Source: Clostridia bacterium
GTDB lineage: Bacteria > Bacillota > Clostridia > Christensenellales > DTU072
NCBI GenBank assembly: GCA_017504305.1
Contig: JAFVRJ010000016.1
Location: 5,237-69,236, forward strand
Direction of reading: 5' to 3'
Length of the DNA: 64,000 nucleotides
Under the pieces are notes generated by a model. That model was not told the origin of the DNA, searched no databases, and saw only the letters and a program-made list of their open reading frames with translations. Of the stretch, positions 50,947-60,728 are shown piece by piece. Both the position numbers and the translations under genes were made by a program. Each line of letters starts with the position of its first letter. Position 1 is the stretch's first letter.

Positions 50947-51027
50947 ATCTTTAGAAAACAAATTTAGGATTTTTTTGATTATGCCCTTCAAGAAGTTAGG
51001 GCAATTGACAACTATTATATTTTTCAT
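50944..51027 (-). CDS. spoVM: Stage V sporulation protein M (27 aa)
   Basis: MKNIIVVNCPNFLKGIIKKILNLFSKD resembles B. subtilis SpoVM (MKFYTIKLPKFLGGIVRAMLGSFRKD); GGAGG RBS, CATATACT sigma-E-like -10, position downstream of rpe. Confidence 0.85.
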   Translation of the reverse strand: MKNIIVVNCPNFLKGIIKKILNLFSKD

Positions 51028-51069
51028 ATCCCTCCGCTAAATCAGTATATGCGGATCGTGCCAATTGAG

Positions 51070-51723
51070 TTACTCCCCTCTTATTATATTTATGGTACGC
51101 GCGGGATCGTCCGAACGATATACCGCAGAGCCTGCTACCAAAATATCTACGCCGGCTTCGCGTACTTCCTTTGCGTTAGCTTCGCCGACGCCTCCGTCGA
51201 TTTCGATTACTACTGGAAGATTGTTTTTAACAATATATTCTTTTGCCTCTTTTACCTTATCGAGCATCTCGGCAATAAACTTTTGTCCGCCAAGCCCTGC
51301 ATATACGCTCATAATCAAAAGCATATCGCACTCCTCGAGTAAGTACGCCCAATCCTTAAACGCGATATTAGGATTCAAGACGATACCGGCTTTGCAACCA
51401 AGCGCCCTTATCTTCTTTAACGTTTCAAGGGGACACTTACTTGCTTCAGGATGGAAGGTAAGATAGTCTGCACCGCACTTAACAAATTCCTCAACGTAAC
51501 GCTCGGGCTCGGTAATCATTAGGTGCACGTCAAGAGGAAGTTCCGCTATACCCTTGATTGCCTTAATCATTGGCATACCAAAGGTTATGTTCTTTACGTA
51601 AACGCCGTCCATAACGTCACAATGAACCAAGTCTGCACCCCACTCTTTGAGAGAGCGAACACTACGCTCCATGTTAACGAAGTCGCCTGCAAGTATCGAG
51701 GGCGATACCAAACGTTTAGTCAT
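51070..51723 (-). CDS. rpe: Ribulose-phosphate 3-epimerase
   Basis: SPSIL, HCDVMDG, DVHLMI, MSV..G.GGQKF, IDGG, VAGSA. Confidence 0.96.
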   Translation of the reverse strand: MTKRLVSPSILAGDFVNMERSVRSLKEWGADLVHCDVMDGVYVKNITFGMPMIKAIKGIAELPLDVHLMITEPERYVEEFVKCGADYLTFHPEASKCPLETLKKIRALGCKAGIVLNPNIAFKDWAYLLEECDMLLIMSVYAGLGGQKFIAEMLDKVKEAKEYIVKNNLPVVIEIDGGVGEANAKEVREAGVDILVAGSAVYRSDDPARTINIIRGE

Positions 51724-52594
51724 ATTGTCTCCTCCTGTGTTCCTTTATTTCTTCAAATATAGCAATATACCTATCGTACCTTGCCTTATCGAGAGCACCC
51801 TTTTCAACTGCCTTTTTAACGGCACAATCGGGCTCCTCCGTGTGTGTACAACTATTAAACCTGCACCCCTCTTGGAGAGGTAAAAAGTCCTCGTAATAGT
51901 ACCTTAAATCGTTTTCATCAATGCTTACTATTGAAAGCATACTGAACCCGCAAGTATCCATTACCATACCGTCGAAAGCTTCGTAAATTTCGACGTGACG
52001 GGTGGTGTTTTTACCGCGCTTAATTTTTTCGGAAAGTCCGTCGGTTTTAAGGTTAAGATCGAGTATGGCGTTTAATAGACTGGTTTTACCAACGGCACTT
52101 TGACCTGCAAAACAAACCACTTTATCCTTAATATATTGACCAAGCTCGTTGAGCCCGGTCTTGGTATACGCCGATACCTTAATACAATCAATATAATCCT
52201 CGTACGGCTTAAATAAAGCATTGATTTCCGCATCGGTTGCAAGGTCGCTTTTATTGTAAACCAACACCGGAGTAATACCCTCGAGGTGGCAGTTTATAAT
52301 GATTTTATCAATAAGGAGCATGTCAGGCTCCGGCTCTTTTGCTACCACTATGAGCGCGCTATCAACGTTAGCTACAAAAGGCCTAATCAATGAGTTTATC
52401 CTCGGCTTAACCTCGTCGATTACCGCTTCACCACGCTCGAAAACTATCTTGACGTTGTCGCCTACGTAGATGTCGCCTTGTAAACGAAGCTTACCGCGAG
52501 CAAAAGCTTTGTAGCTCTTATCGCCACACTTTACGGTATATCTATTGGAGACGATTTTAACCACTTTACCGTCTAACGATTTAAGCTTCATCAC
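51716..52594 (-). CDS. rsgA: Ribosome small subunit-dependent GTPase A (CpgA/RsgA)
   Basis: VGD, RP.VANVD, NKSDL, GQSAVGKTS, RGKNTTR, C.F..C.H..EP.C. Confidence 0.93.
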   Translation of the reverse strand: MMKLKSLDGKVVKIVSNRYTVKCGDKSYKAFARGKLRLQGDIYVGDNVKIVFERGEAVIDEVKPRINSLIRPFVANVDSALIVVAKEPEPDMLLIDKIIINCHLEGITPVLVYNKSDLATDAEINALFKPYEDYIDCIKVSAYTKTGLNELGQYIKDKVVCFAGQSAVGKTSLLNAILDLNLKTDGLSEKIKRGKNTTRHVEIYEAFDGMVMDTCGFSMLSIVSIDENDLRYYYEDFLPLQEGCRFNSCTHTEEPDCAVKKAVEKGALDKARYDRYIAIFEEIKEHRRRQYD

Positions 52595-53654
52595 GTCCCT
52601 CCGTACCGTTTAATTTATCGTGTTTTGCAAGATATTTTACACGTAGTTGTCCGCAAGCACCATCGATATCGTTTCCCATACTGTGCCTTAAGGTTGCCGA
52701 AACACCACGCTTGTTGAGGTGATCGATAAACTCCTTAATATAACCCCCTTTGATACCGCGGAGGCCCTTTTCCTTAACGTAATTAAGGTTTATGAGGTTG
52801 ACGTGGCAAGGGAACCCTTTTAACAAATCTGCAAGTTCATCGGCACTTTTCTTATCGCTGTTTTTTCCTTCAACCAAAGCATACTCGAATATAACTCTGC
52901 GGTGAGTTTTATCAAAGTAGTATTTTGCAGCCTTTATTAACTCTGCAATCGGATAAGCTTTGTTAACCGGCATAAGCGCAGAGCGCTTGTCGTCGGTTGC
53001 TGCGTGCAATGAAATCGTTAGCACTACCGGAAGTCCGCTATCGGCAAGCTCTCGAATTTTAGGTACTATACCGGACGTAGATAACGATACGTTACGCAAG
53101 CTGATATTTATGCCTTTTTCCGCACTTAAAAGCTCCAAGAATTTGGTTACCTCTTGATAGTTGTCGAGTGGCTCACCGCTACCCATCAAGACCACGTTTG
53201 TAATAGCCCGTTTATCAGGTGTACCACCTTGCAATCTATTTACACAAAGCACCTGCCCCAATATTTCACCGGCAGTCAAGTTGCGTACAAGACCACCTAA
53301 ACCACTTGCGCAAAAAGCGCAACCCATACGGCATCCAACTTGGGTGGAAACACAAAGGGTGTTGCCATATTTATGTGGCATAAAAACGCCCTCGATAACG
53401 TTGCCGTCACGGAGCGCGTAAAGGTACTTTTCCGTACCCTCTCTACCCACCAAACGCTCGACTATTTCAAGAGAAGTAGCAAAGTACTCTTGCTTCAAAT
53501 CTTCAATAAGCGCTTTAGGTAAATTGGTGGCTTCCTCGTATTCCTTATGACGGTTTACAAGGTCGTATAGTTGACCAGCTCTAAATTTAGGGAAGCCTTT
53601 ATCAACGACTAATTCCTCGAGCTCATTATAGCTTAAATCTTGTAAACACTTCAT
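52581..53654 (-). CDS. rlmN: 23S rRNA m2A2503 methyltransferase
   Basis: CVSTQVGCRMGCAFC radical SAM motif, MGSGEP, ISLHA, ACGQL. Confidence 0.96.
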   Translation of the reverse strand: MKCLQDLSYNELEELVVDKGFPKFRAGQLYDLVNRHKEYEEATNLPKALIEDLKQEYFATSLEIVERLVGREGTEKYLYALRDGNVIEGVFMPHKYGNTLCVSTQVGCRMGCAFCASGLGGLVRNLTAGEILGQVLCVNRLQGGTPDKRAITNVVLMGSGEPLDNYQEVTKFLELLSAEKGINISLRNVSLSTSGIVPKIRELADSGLPVVLTISLHAATDDKRSALMPVNKAYPIAELIKAAKYYFDKTHRRVIFEYALVEGKNSDKKSADELADLLKGFPCHVNLINLNYVKEKGLRGIKGGYIKEFIDHLNKRGVSATLRHSMGNDIDGACGQLRVKYLAKHDKLNGTEGRDEA

Positions 53655-54880
53655 TATTTCTTCCTCATTTTTGCAACGTAAAAACCATCGAAATCGCCGT
53701 CAGGATAAAGGGTAACTTGCCCTTGAGGAGCCATATCAAAAGGCTCTAAATTGAAATCCGTGTGCTTTGATAAGAAGTCGCTAACCGTGTTCTCGTTTTC
53801 ATCTTTAAGTATAGTGCAAGTGGAATATAACAAAATTCCACCCTCTTTAACGTAAGAAGAAGCGATCTCTAAAATTGCCCTTTGTTCCTTGACAAGGGAC
53901 TCGTAATCCTTATTGCTATATGACAAAGCTATATCGGGGCGCTTTGAAATAACGCCCAATCCGGAGCAAGGCGCGTCTACGGTAACAACGTCAAAGAGCT
54001 TTAACCACTCTTTACGCAATTTTTTACCGTCATTTAAGGTTGCATTTAGCTTAACACCCATACGGCGGGCATAGCTCTCAATAAGCGAAACTCTTTTAGG
54101 ATGAATATCACAAGCAGTTACTTCTGCGCCAAGTTCCGCTGAATAAACAGCCTTACCGCCCGGAGCCGCACATAAATCAAGTAGCTTCTTACCGCTTAAT
54201 TCGCCAAGTGCCTTAACTGCAAACACCGAAGACGGCGATTGGAAGGTTAAAAGCCCCCTTTTGAAAAGCTTTTTGATTGCCTCATCGTTTTTGACAAAGT
54301 AACCATCTACTTTACTTAAGCGATAATCCTTATAATAATCTTCAAACTCTTTATTGCTAATGCGAGTAGCAAGTCTTACGTGTTCATCAGTAGAGCGCGG
54401 AGGATTGAGAACGGCTTCCGCCATTTTACCGCAATCACGCTTGATGAGCTTAATAAGCGGATACGGTAAATTGTATTTAACCTCTAACGCTATCTTACCT
54501 GCTTTAGGCAAATCGTATTCCTTACGACATACCTTTTGAAATACGGCATTTGTAAACCCCTTGAGTTCCTTTTTACCAATAGCTTGCACTAAATCGACAG
54601 ATGCGCTTACAATTGCATAGTTTGGTATCTCAAGATACAGAATAGCATATATTGCTTGCATCATTACGATTTTAACCGCGGGCTTTGGAGCTTTAGGACA
54701 AAGGTAATTGATAATAGCGTTTATTTCATAGTATCTTTCGATTGTGCCGTATACGAGCTTAGTAATCAAGGCACGATCGTCCGTTTGTGGTAAATCTGCA
54801 AGCACGACGTTAACGTACGCGCCTTCGCGTACTATTTTAGTTAACATATCGTAACTTTGCTTTAATACCTTAACGTCCAT
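53654..54880 (-). CDS. rsmB: 16S rRNA m5C967 methyltransferase (Sun/RsmB)
   Basis: NusB-like N-terminus, DLCAAPGGK, DAPCSGLG, YSTCT. Confidence 0.9.
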   Translation of the reverse strand: MDVKVLKQSYDMLTKIVREGAYVNVVLADLPQTDDRALITKLVYGTIERYYEINAIINYLCPKAPKPAVKIVMMQAIYAILYLEIPNYAIVSASVDLVQAIGKKELKGFTNAVFQKVCRKEYDLPKAGKIALEVKYNLPYPLIKLIKRDCGKMAEAVLNPPRSTDEHVRLATRISNKEFEDYYKDYRLSKVDGYFVKNDEAIKKLFKRGLLTFQSPSSVFAVKALGELSGKKLLDLCAAPGGKAVYSAELGAEVTACDIHPKRVSLIESYARRMGVKLNATLNDGKKLRKEWLKLFDVVTVDAPCSGLGVISKRPDIALSYSNKDYESLVKEQRAILEIASSYVKEGGILLYSTCTILKDENENTVSDFLSKHTDFNLEPFDMAPQGQVTLYPDGDFDGFYVAKMRKK

Positions 54881-54882
54881 AA

Positions 54883-55815
54883 TTATTTAAGTATTGTACC
54901 GACCTTAATAGGTCTACCGAGCGTATAAGCACCTACACTCATTACTTTGCCACCTTCTCCTTGTACCGTCAAGAAGGCAAGCGCCGTATTAGCTCCGCAC
55001 CTTACAACAAAGCGCTCTTTTTTTGCTTCGATAACTTCACCTATTTCACCACCGTTTACCTCTGACTCTGCCACGGCACTTTTAATTACCTTAAGTCTAC
55101 CGTATGGTGAAGTGCAGTAGGCTGATGGAAAACCATAGTAGGCGCGTACTTGGTTATGAATTTCAGTTGCGGTTTTATTAAAGTCGATCTGTCCGTCTTC
55201 TTTGCAAAGTTTTTTACAATGCGTAGCTTTGGAGTGATCTTGAGCTATCGACTGTGCCGACCCTGACTCGATAGCATCAAGAGCTTCAACTGCAGCGGTT
55301 GCAGAAAGTTTAGAAAGCATCTCAAAACACTCCTCTGCGTTTTCATCGCCGTTTAGCTTAATAGAACGTTGTAGGACAACGTCGCCTGCATCAACCTCTC
55401 TGACTGTTTTCATAATGGTTGTACCGATATACTCGTCACCATTTAAAAGCGCCATTTGTATAGGGGAAGATCCTCTATATTTAGGTAGCAAGGATGCGTG
55501 CGTATTAATGATTCCTTTAGGGCAAATGGCAATAATTTCATCGGATAAAATTTGACCATATGCCGACGTCAACATAATGTCGGCGTTCAACGACTTAATA
55601 ACGTCAACGCCTTCTTTACTTATAGAGTTGAATTGGTAAAGGGGAATATCCTTTTCGAGTGCGTAAAGTTTTACCGGCGAAAAATTGATCTTGCCGTTAC
55701 GTCCGTTTACTTTATCCGGTTGAGTGATAATAGCAACTACTTGATGAGCACTACTATCAACCGCCTTCAATACCTCGAGAGAAAAATCACCCGTTCCTAA
55801 AAACACTACGCGCAT
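54883..55815 (-). CDS. fmt: Methionyl-tRNA formyltransferase
   Basis: TQPDK, AYGQIL, NTHASLLPKYRGSSPIQ, DAGD. Confidence 0.95.
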   Translation of the reverse strand: MRVVFLGTGDFSLEVLKAVDSSAHQVVAIITQPDKVNGRNGKINFSPVKLYALEKDIPLYQFNSISKEGVDVIKSLNADIMLTSAYGQILSDEIIAICPKGIINTHASLLPKYRGSSPIQMALLNGDEYIGTTIMKTVREVDAGDVVLQRSIKLNGDENAEECFEMLSKLSATAAVEALDAIESGSAQSIAQDHSKATHCKKLCKEDGQIDFNKTATEIHNQVRAYYGFPSAYCTSPYGRLKVIKSAVAESEVNGGEIGEVIEAKKERFVVRCGANTALAFLTVQGEGGKVMSVGAYTLGRPIKVGTILK

Positions 55816-56273
55816 TATCTTCTACCCTCTTTAATTACCTTATCGATAAACAATACGCCGTCCAAGTGGTCACACTCGTGGCAAATGATACGAGCAGTCC
55901 AATCGGTAGCGGTCATCTCGTGCTTTTTGCCGTTACGATCAAAATACTCAACCGTCAATCTCATAGGTCTATTGACCTTACCATTTTTGCTACTATCTAC
56001 AGATAGGCATCCTTCCAAGCCAATTTGGGAGCCTGAAGCGGATGTTATTACGGGATTGACCATTTCAGTTAATCTGCCCTCTTCGGGCTCGATAATAACG
56101 ACTCTTTTACAAATACCAACTTGCGGAGCAGCAAGACCTACGCCTTCAGAGGTGTGCAAAGTCTCCTTCATATCGTCTAACAATTGATGTAGTCTGCTAT
56201 CAAACTCGTTTACTTCGCGTGCTTTACGGCGCAGTATCGGTTCGCCTTCTTGGAATATATTTCTTCTTGCCAT
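55815..56273 (-). CDS. def: Peptide deformylase
   Basis: GVGLAAPQVG, EGCLS, HECDHLDG. Confidence 0.96.
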   Translation of the reverse strand: MARRNIFQEGEPILRRKAREVNEFDSRLHQLLDDMKETLHTSEGVGLAAPQVGICKRVVIIEPEEGRLTEMVNPVITSASGSQIGLEGCLSVDSSKNGKVNRPMRLTVEYFDRNGKKHEMTATDWTARIICHECDHLDGVLFIDKVIKEGRR

Positions 56274-56282
56274 AATTTTCTC

Positions 56283-58469
56283 CTATAGCATTTGTTGTGG
56301 GTTAATTTCGCAAAAGACTGATACTTTGTCGGTATTGCCTCCGTTTGCGATTTGATATATTGTAGGCATTAATTCTTCCTCCATATCGGTATCGATCCAT
56401 AATACCACTTGATACCTATAAAAATTACGTAGTCGCTTAATAGGCGCCGTCATTTTTTGGAGGTTGCGTATGCCTTTTACTTTAGTTTTGAGGGTGGCAA
56501 GCTTTGCCGTCAGCATCTCCGCACCCCTACGAGCATCTTCAGCCTCTTGCGCAAGCACCAAAAGTCTAACTATTTTAGTAAAAGGCGGATATTTGGTTAG
56601 CTCGCGAGAGTTGATTTCTTTTGAATAAAAGCCCTCGTAATCGTATTGCTTTGCAAACGAATATACGTAGTGCCTTGGATTGTAAGTTTGCATTATTACT
56701 CTACCTGCTTTTTGCTCTCTACCTGCGCGTCCCGCTACTTGGGTAATCAGTTGGAAGGTACGCTCGGATGAGCGATAATCAGAGTAATACAACGATAAAT
56801 CGGCATCTATTATACCCACCAAAGTAACGTTCTTAAAATCGTGTCCTTTGGCAATCATCTGCGTCCCGACTAACACGTCGGCATTGCCTTTACCAAACTC
56901 CGATAAAATCTCGAGGTAGCTATCTTTAGTTTTAGTGGTATCGTTATCCATACGTAAAACGCGTGCTTCAGGGAACATACGTTTTACCTCGTCAACCACC
57001 CTTTCGGTTCCCGTTTTACCTTCTTTAAGGTCCGTATAACCGCATTTAGGGCAACTTTGTATAGCACGATACTTGGCTCCGCAATAATGACAACGCAAGG
57101 TATTATCTTCTTGGTGATAAGTTAAGCTTACGTCGCAACTTGGGCATCTTGGTACAAAACCACATTGACGGCATCTAACAAATGATGCGTATCCTCTACG
57201 GTTGAGGAACAACATCGCTTGGTTGCCCTCCTTTAACGTTTCTTCAAGAGCAGCAAGAAGTGGTGCGGAAAACACTCCCGTATTGCCCATTTTAATTTCT
57301 TCCCTCATATCGACAGTTTCGATTTGGGGCATTTCTTTTTTGTTTGCGCGGTTACGCAAAGTTATAAGCTTATACTCCCCTTTATCCGCCTTATGATAGG
57401 TTTCAAGAGCGGGAGTTGCGCTACCAAGTATTAACTTGGCGTTATTATATTTGGCACGATACTCTGCTACTTCGGATGTAAAATACCTTGGGTTACTTTC
57501 CGAAACGTAACTACCATCGTGCTCCTCGTCGATTATTATTACACCAACGTTTTTAAGAGGTGCAAATATTGCAGATCTTGCACCAAGCGCTACCTTAGCT
57601 TGCCCAAGTAGCAATCTACGCCACTCGTCGTATCTTTCGCCGTCCGATAGTCCGCTATGTAACACCGATACCATATCACCAAAACGAGCGCGGAAAATGC
57701 CGTGCATTTGGGGTGTAAGAGAAATTTCCGGCACTAACATAATAGCAGTCTTACCGGCTTTAAGAGCCCACTCTATAACGTTCATATAGATTTCAGTCTT
57801 TCCGCTTCCCGTTACGCCGTGTATAAGATATACCCCCGGATCACCACTATTAACCGCATCTATCGCCGACCTTTGCTCGTCGGTCAGAGTAACCTTCTTT
57901 AGCTCTTTAACCATACTGTCCGGCGTGCGGTTTTCTTCTTGCGTAATCCTAATCAATATACCCTTTTCAATAAGCGCTTTTACTGCGGATGGCGAGTACT
58001 CGTTATTGATTTCCGTTTCCCCTTCCATACCGCTACTTTGTAGCCTTATGATTATCGCGCGTTGCGCTTTTGCCGAGGTCTTTACCTCTTTCAACGCGGA
58101 TTCCAAGGTATAATCGGTATTAAAGCAAAGATAATTCTTCTTTAATACCTTTACCCTACCGCCACGAAGTTTTGCAGGAACAAACAACCTTAAACAATCG
58201 ATAAATCGAAGGTTCTTTGTAACCATATAGCGAGCTAAATCGAGCATTTCCGGCATAATTACCGGATACTCGTCAAGCTTACTAATGATATCTTTTACCT
58301 CGTACTTACAGTCGGTGGACTCTTTTTTGCCCACGACAAAGCCCTCCACCTGACGTCTGCCAAACGGTACGAGTACCCTCGTGCCAACTTCAACGTCAAA
58401 CGGAGCGTGATAATCAAAGACTTTGTCTATCTCGGTATTGGAAATATCGACTATAACCTCGTAAAACAT
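56283..58469 (-). CDS. priA: Primosomal protein N'
   Basis: HGVTGSGKTE, LVPEISLTPQ, DEEHD, SATP, four CxxC pairs, QVAGRAGR. Confidence 0.97.
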   Translation of the reverse strand: MFYEVIVDISNTEIDKVFDYHAPFDVEVGTRVLVPFGRRQVEGFVVGKKESTDCKYEVKDIISKLDEYPVIMPEMLDLARYMVTKNLRFIDCLRLFVPAKLRGGRVKVLKKNYLCFNTDYTLESALKEVKTSAKAQRAIIIRLQSSGMEGETEINNEYSPSAVKALIEKGILIRITQEENRTPDSMVKELKKVTLTDEQRSAIDAVNSGDPGVYLIHGVTGSGKTEIYMNVIEWALKAGKTAIMLVPEISLTPQMHGIFRARFGDMVSVLHSGLSDGERYDEWRRLLLGQAKVALGARSAIFAPLKNVGVIIIDEEHDGSYVSESNPRYFTSEVAEYRAKYNNAKLILGSATPALETYHKADKGEYKLITLRNRANKKEMPQIETVDMREEIKMGNTGVFSAPLLAALEETLKEGNQAMLFLNRRGYASFVRCRQCGFVPRCPSCDVSLTYHQEDNTLRCHYCGAKYRAIQSCPKCGYTDLKEGKTGTERVVDEVKRMFPEARVLRMDNDTTKTKDSYLEILSEFGKGNADVLVGTQMIAKGHDFKNVTLVGIIDADLSLYYSDYRSSERTFQLITQVAGRAGREQKAGRVIMQTYNPRHYVYSFAKQYDYEGFYSKEINSRELTKYPPFTKIVRLLVLAQEAEDARRGAEMLTAKLATLKTKVKGIRNLQKMTAPIKRLRNFYRYQVVLWIDTDMEEELMPTIYQIANGGNTDKVSVFCEINPQQML

Positions 58470-59644
58470 TATACCTCTTGGAGCGTATCGAGTATTACGT
58501 GTGCAAGCTCTTCCTTGGTCATCTTTTCAAGAGCAGTCATCGCACCGCTACTTGTAATAAGCGTAGCTATGTTGGTATCAACTTCAAAACCCGCGCCCTC
58601 CATAGTAACGTCGTTTGCTACCATCAGATCGGCGTTTTTTGAGCGAAGTTTACCGACTGCGTTTGCAATAAGATCATCTGTTTCCGCCGCAAATACCACA
58701 AGCTTTTTATCCCCCTTGATAGAGCCTACTTCTTTGGCTATATCAGGATTCTTGACAAGCTCTAAAGTTAAGCTTTCGCTCTTTATCTTGCTTGCGGAAT
58801 AGTTTTTTACTTTGTAATCGGCAGGTGCCGCCGCCATAATAACGGCATCCACTTTAGATAAATTACCAACAACCGCATTACGCATATCTTCGGTCGATTT
58901 TACATCGATAACTTCCGCGCCCTTAGGAACAGTAGCCGTAACCTTGCCCTTAACGAGCAATACGTTACCGCCTCTTTCCATAACCGCCTTTGCTATAGCC
59001 ATACCCATTTTGCCCGACGAACGATTGGTAATATATCTTACGCCGTCAATAGGCTCCTCGGTAGCGCCTGCACTAACCATTATGGTTTTACCGCGATAGT
59101 CCGGGCTCGGAGTCAAGAATTCATCCACTATCGATACTATATTGATAGGTTCTTCCATCTTGCCTTTACCGACGTCGCCACAAGCCAGTCTACCTTCGGT
59201 GGGCTCTATAAAGTGATAACCAAGCGCCTTAAGCTTGCTGATATTACCTTGCGTTACCGGATTTAGGTACATGTTGGTATTCATCGCAGGGCATATAAAA
59301 ACTGGAGCTTTGGTCGCGCAAACGGTGGTCGTAAGCATATCGTCGCAAATCCCTTCGGCAAGCTTTGCTATAACGTTAGCCGTTGCAGGTGCTATAACAA
59401 ATGCGCTCGCAAGTTTAGCGTAGCTAATATGCTCCACTTCAAATTCTCTTTCCTTATCGAAAGTCGTGGTAACTACCTTGTTGTTAGACAAAGTTTCAAA
59501 AGTTAACGGGGTGACGAATTCGGTAGCATTTTGCGTCATTACCACTCTTACGTCGTAGCCGAGTTTTACAAGGCGCGAAACTATCTCGCAAGATTTGTAA
59601 ATCGCAATACCACCGCTAACCCCTAAAATTACGGTTTTAGCCAT
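58469..59644 (-). CDS. coaBC: Phosphopantothenoylcysteine decarboxylase/ligase
   Basis: GVSGGIAIYK, APATAN, PAMNTNMY, G.LACGD.G.G, NRSSGKMG, FAAET. Confidence 0.96.
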   Translation of the reverse strand: MAKTVILGVSGGIAIYKSCEIVSRLVKLGYDVRVVMTQNATEFVTPLTFETLSNNKVVTTTFDKEREFEVEHISYAKLASAFVIAPATANVIAKLAEGICDDMLTTTVCATKAPVFICPAMNTNMYLNPVTQGNISKLKALGYHFIEPTEGRLACGDVGKGKMEEPINIVSIVDEFLTPSPDYRGKTIMVSAGATEEPIDGVRYITNRSSGKMGMAIAKAVMERGGNVLLVKGKVTATVPKGAEVIDVKSTEDMRNAVVGNLSKVDAVIMAAAPADYKVKNYSASKIKSESLTLELVKNPDIAKEVGSIKGDKKLVVFAAETDDLIANAVGKLRSKNADLMVANDVTMEGAGFEVDTNIATLITSSGAMTALEKMTKEELAHVILDTLQEV

Positions 59645-59838
59645 TATTTGTTTACGATAATCTTAATCTTGTCTTCGTAAATTTCGGTAGCTGCGTAGCT
59701 AACTGCTTTCATACCGGATTGCTCAAGCTCGGAAGTTTCCATGTCTTGGAGATCCTTTGCGCGCTTGGTGATACCAAGTACGAGTGCGTAACGGCAAGGT
59801 GCCTTTTTGATAAGTTTGTCAATGGGAGGTTCGATCAT
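59644..59838 (-). CDS. rpoZ: RNA polymerase omega subunit
   Basis: MIEPPIDKL...RYALV....KRAK.L, K.V..A..EI; start after AGGAG. Confidence 0.9.
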   Translation of the reverse strand: MIEPPIDKLIKKAPCRYALVLGITKRAKDLQDMETSELEQSGMKAVSYAATEIYEDKIKIIVNK

Positions 59839-59857
59839 AAATATATTCTCCTTTAAG

Positions 59858-60727
59858 TTATTCAAGATTTTGTATTTGTTCACGTATCATTTCTATTTGA
59901 TTCTTTAGGAATAATACGAGTTTTGTTATTTGCATATCATTGCATTTACTGCCAATAGTATTGGTCTCACGGTTGGCTTCTTGAGTAAGAAAGTCAAGCT
60001 TTTTGCCAACTGCGCCACCCTCGTTGAAGATATCACGATAATGAGCGATATGTCCGCGCAAACGTGTGATTTCCTCGTCAACGTTGGCTCTGTCGATAAA
60101 TACCGCAACCTCTAAAGCAATTCTGCCTTCGTCTATTTCGGTAGCATCAAGAGCTTCCTTAACACGCTCGGTAAGTTTTTCGCGATATTCTTCACTTACT
60201 TCGGGAGCACGCTTTGCGATGGTTTCAACGGCTTCTTCGATGTCGTTAAGCTTCTTCTTGACGTCCTCAACCAAACGAGCGCCCTCTGCCTTGCGCATTG
60301 CAAGTAGGTTGTCAAGCGCTTGACCGGCAGCTTCCTTTACCAACTCAAGCAAAAGTTCCTCGTCTTCCTCAAGCGCTGAAGTCTTGACCATATCGGGAAT
60401 ACGAATTATCGCTTGAGCGGTAAGATCGTTGCTAAAACCGATTTCTTCAAGCTTTGCCGCTATATCTTTGTATGCAATCGCCAAACCTTCGTTAAGTGCA
60501 ACGCTCGCGTTAACACGATTATCTTCATACGTAAGATAAATATCCGCGTGGCCACGCTTGATTTTAGCACTTAAAAGAGTTCTTAAAGCGCCTTCTGCAA
60601 ACTGAAAGTTGCGGGGCATTTTGAAGGTAAAATCCGAAAACCTATGGTTAACCGTCTTAATCTCAACGGTGATTTTACGTTCACTTCTTTCGGCAATACC
60701 TTTGCCGTATCCGGTCATACTATACAT
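59858..60727 (-). CDS. yicC: YicC/YloC family endoribonuclease
   Basis: SMTGYG, VNHRF, EEITRL..H, GKKLDFL.QE.NRE.NTIGSK, IREQIQNLE. Confidence 0.93.
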   Translation of the reverse strand: MYSMTGYGKGIAERSERKITVEIKTVNHRFSDFTFKMPRNFQFAEGALRTLLSAKIKRGHADIYLTYEDNRVNASVALNEGLAIAYKDIAAKLEEIGFSNDLTAQAIIRIPDMVKTSALEEDEELLLELVKEAAGQALDNLLAMRKAEGARLVEDVKKKLNDIEEAVETIAKRAPEVSEEYREKLTERVKEALDATEIDEGRIALEVAVFIDRANVDEEITRLRGHIAHYRDIFNEGGAVGKKLDFLTQEANRETNTIGSKCNDMQITKLVLFLKNQIEMIREQIQNLE

Positions 60728-60728
60728 A

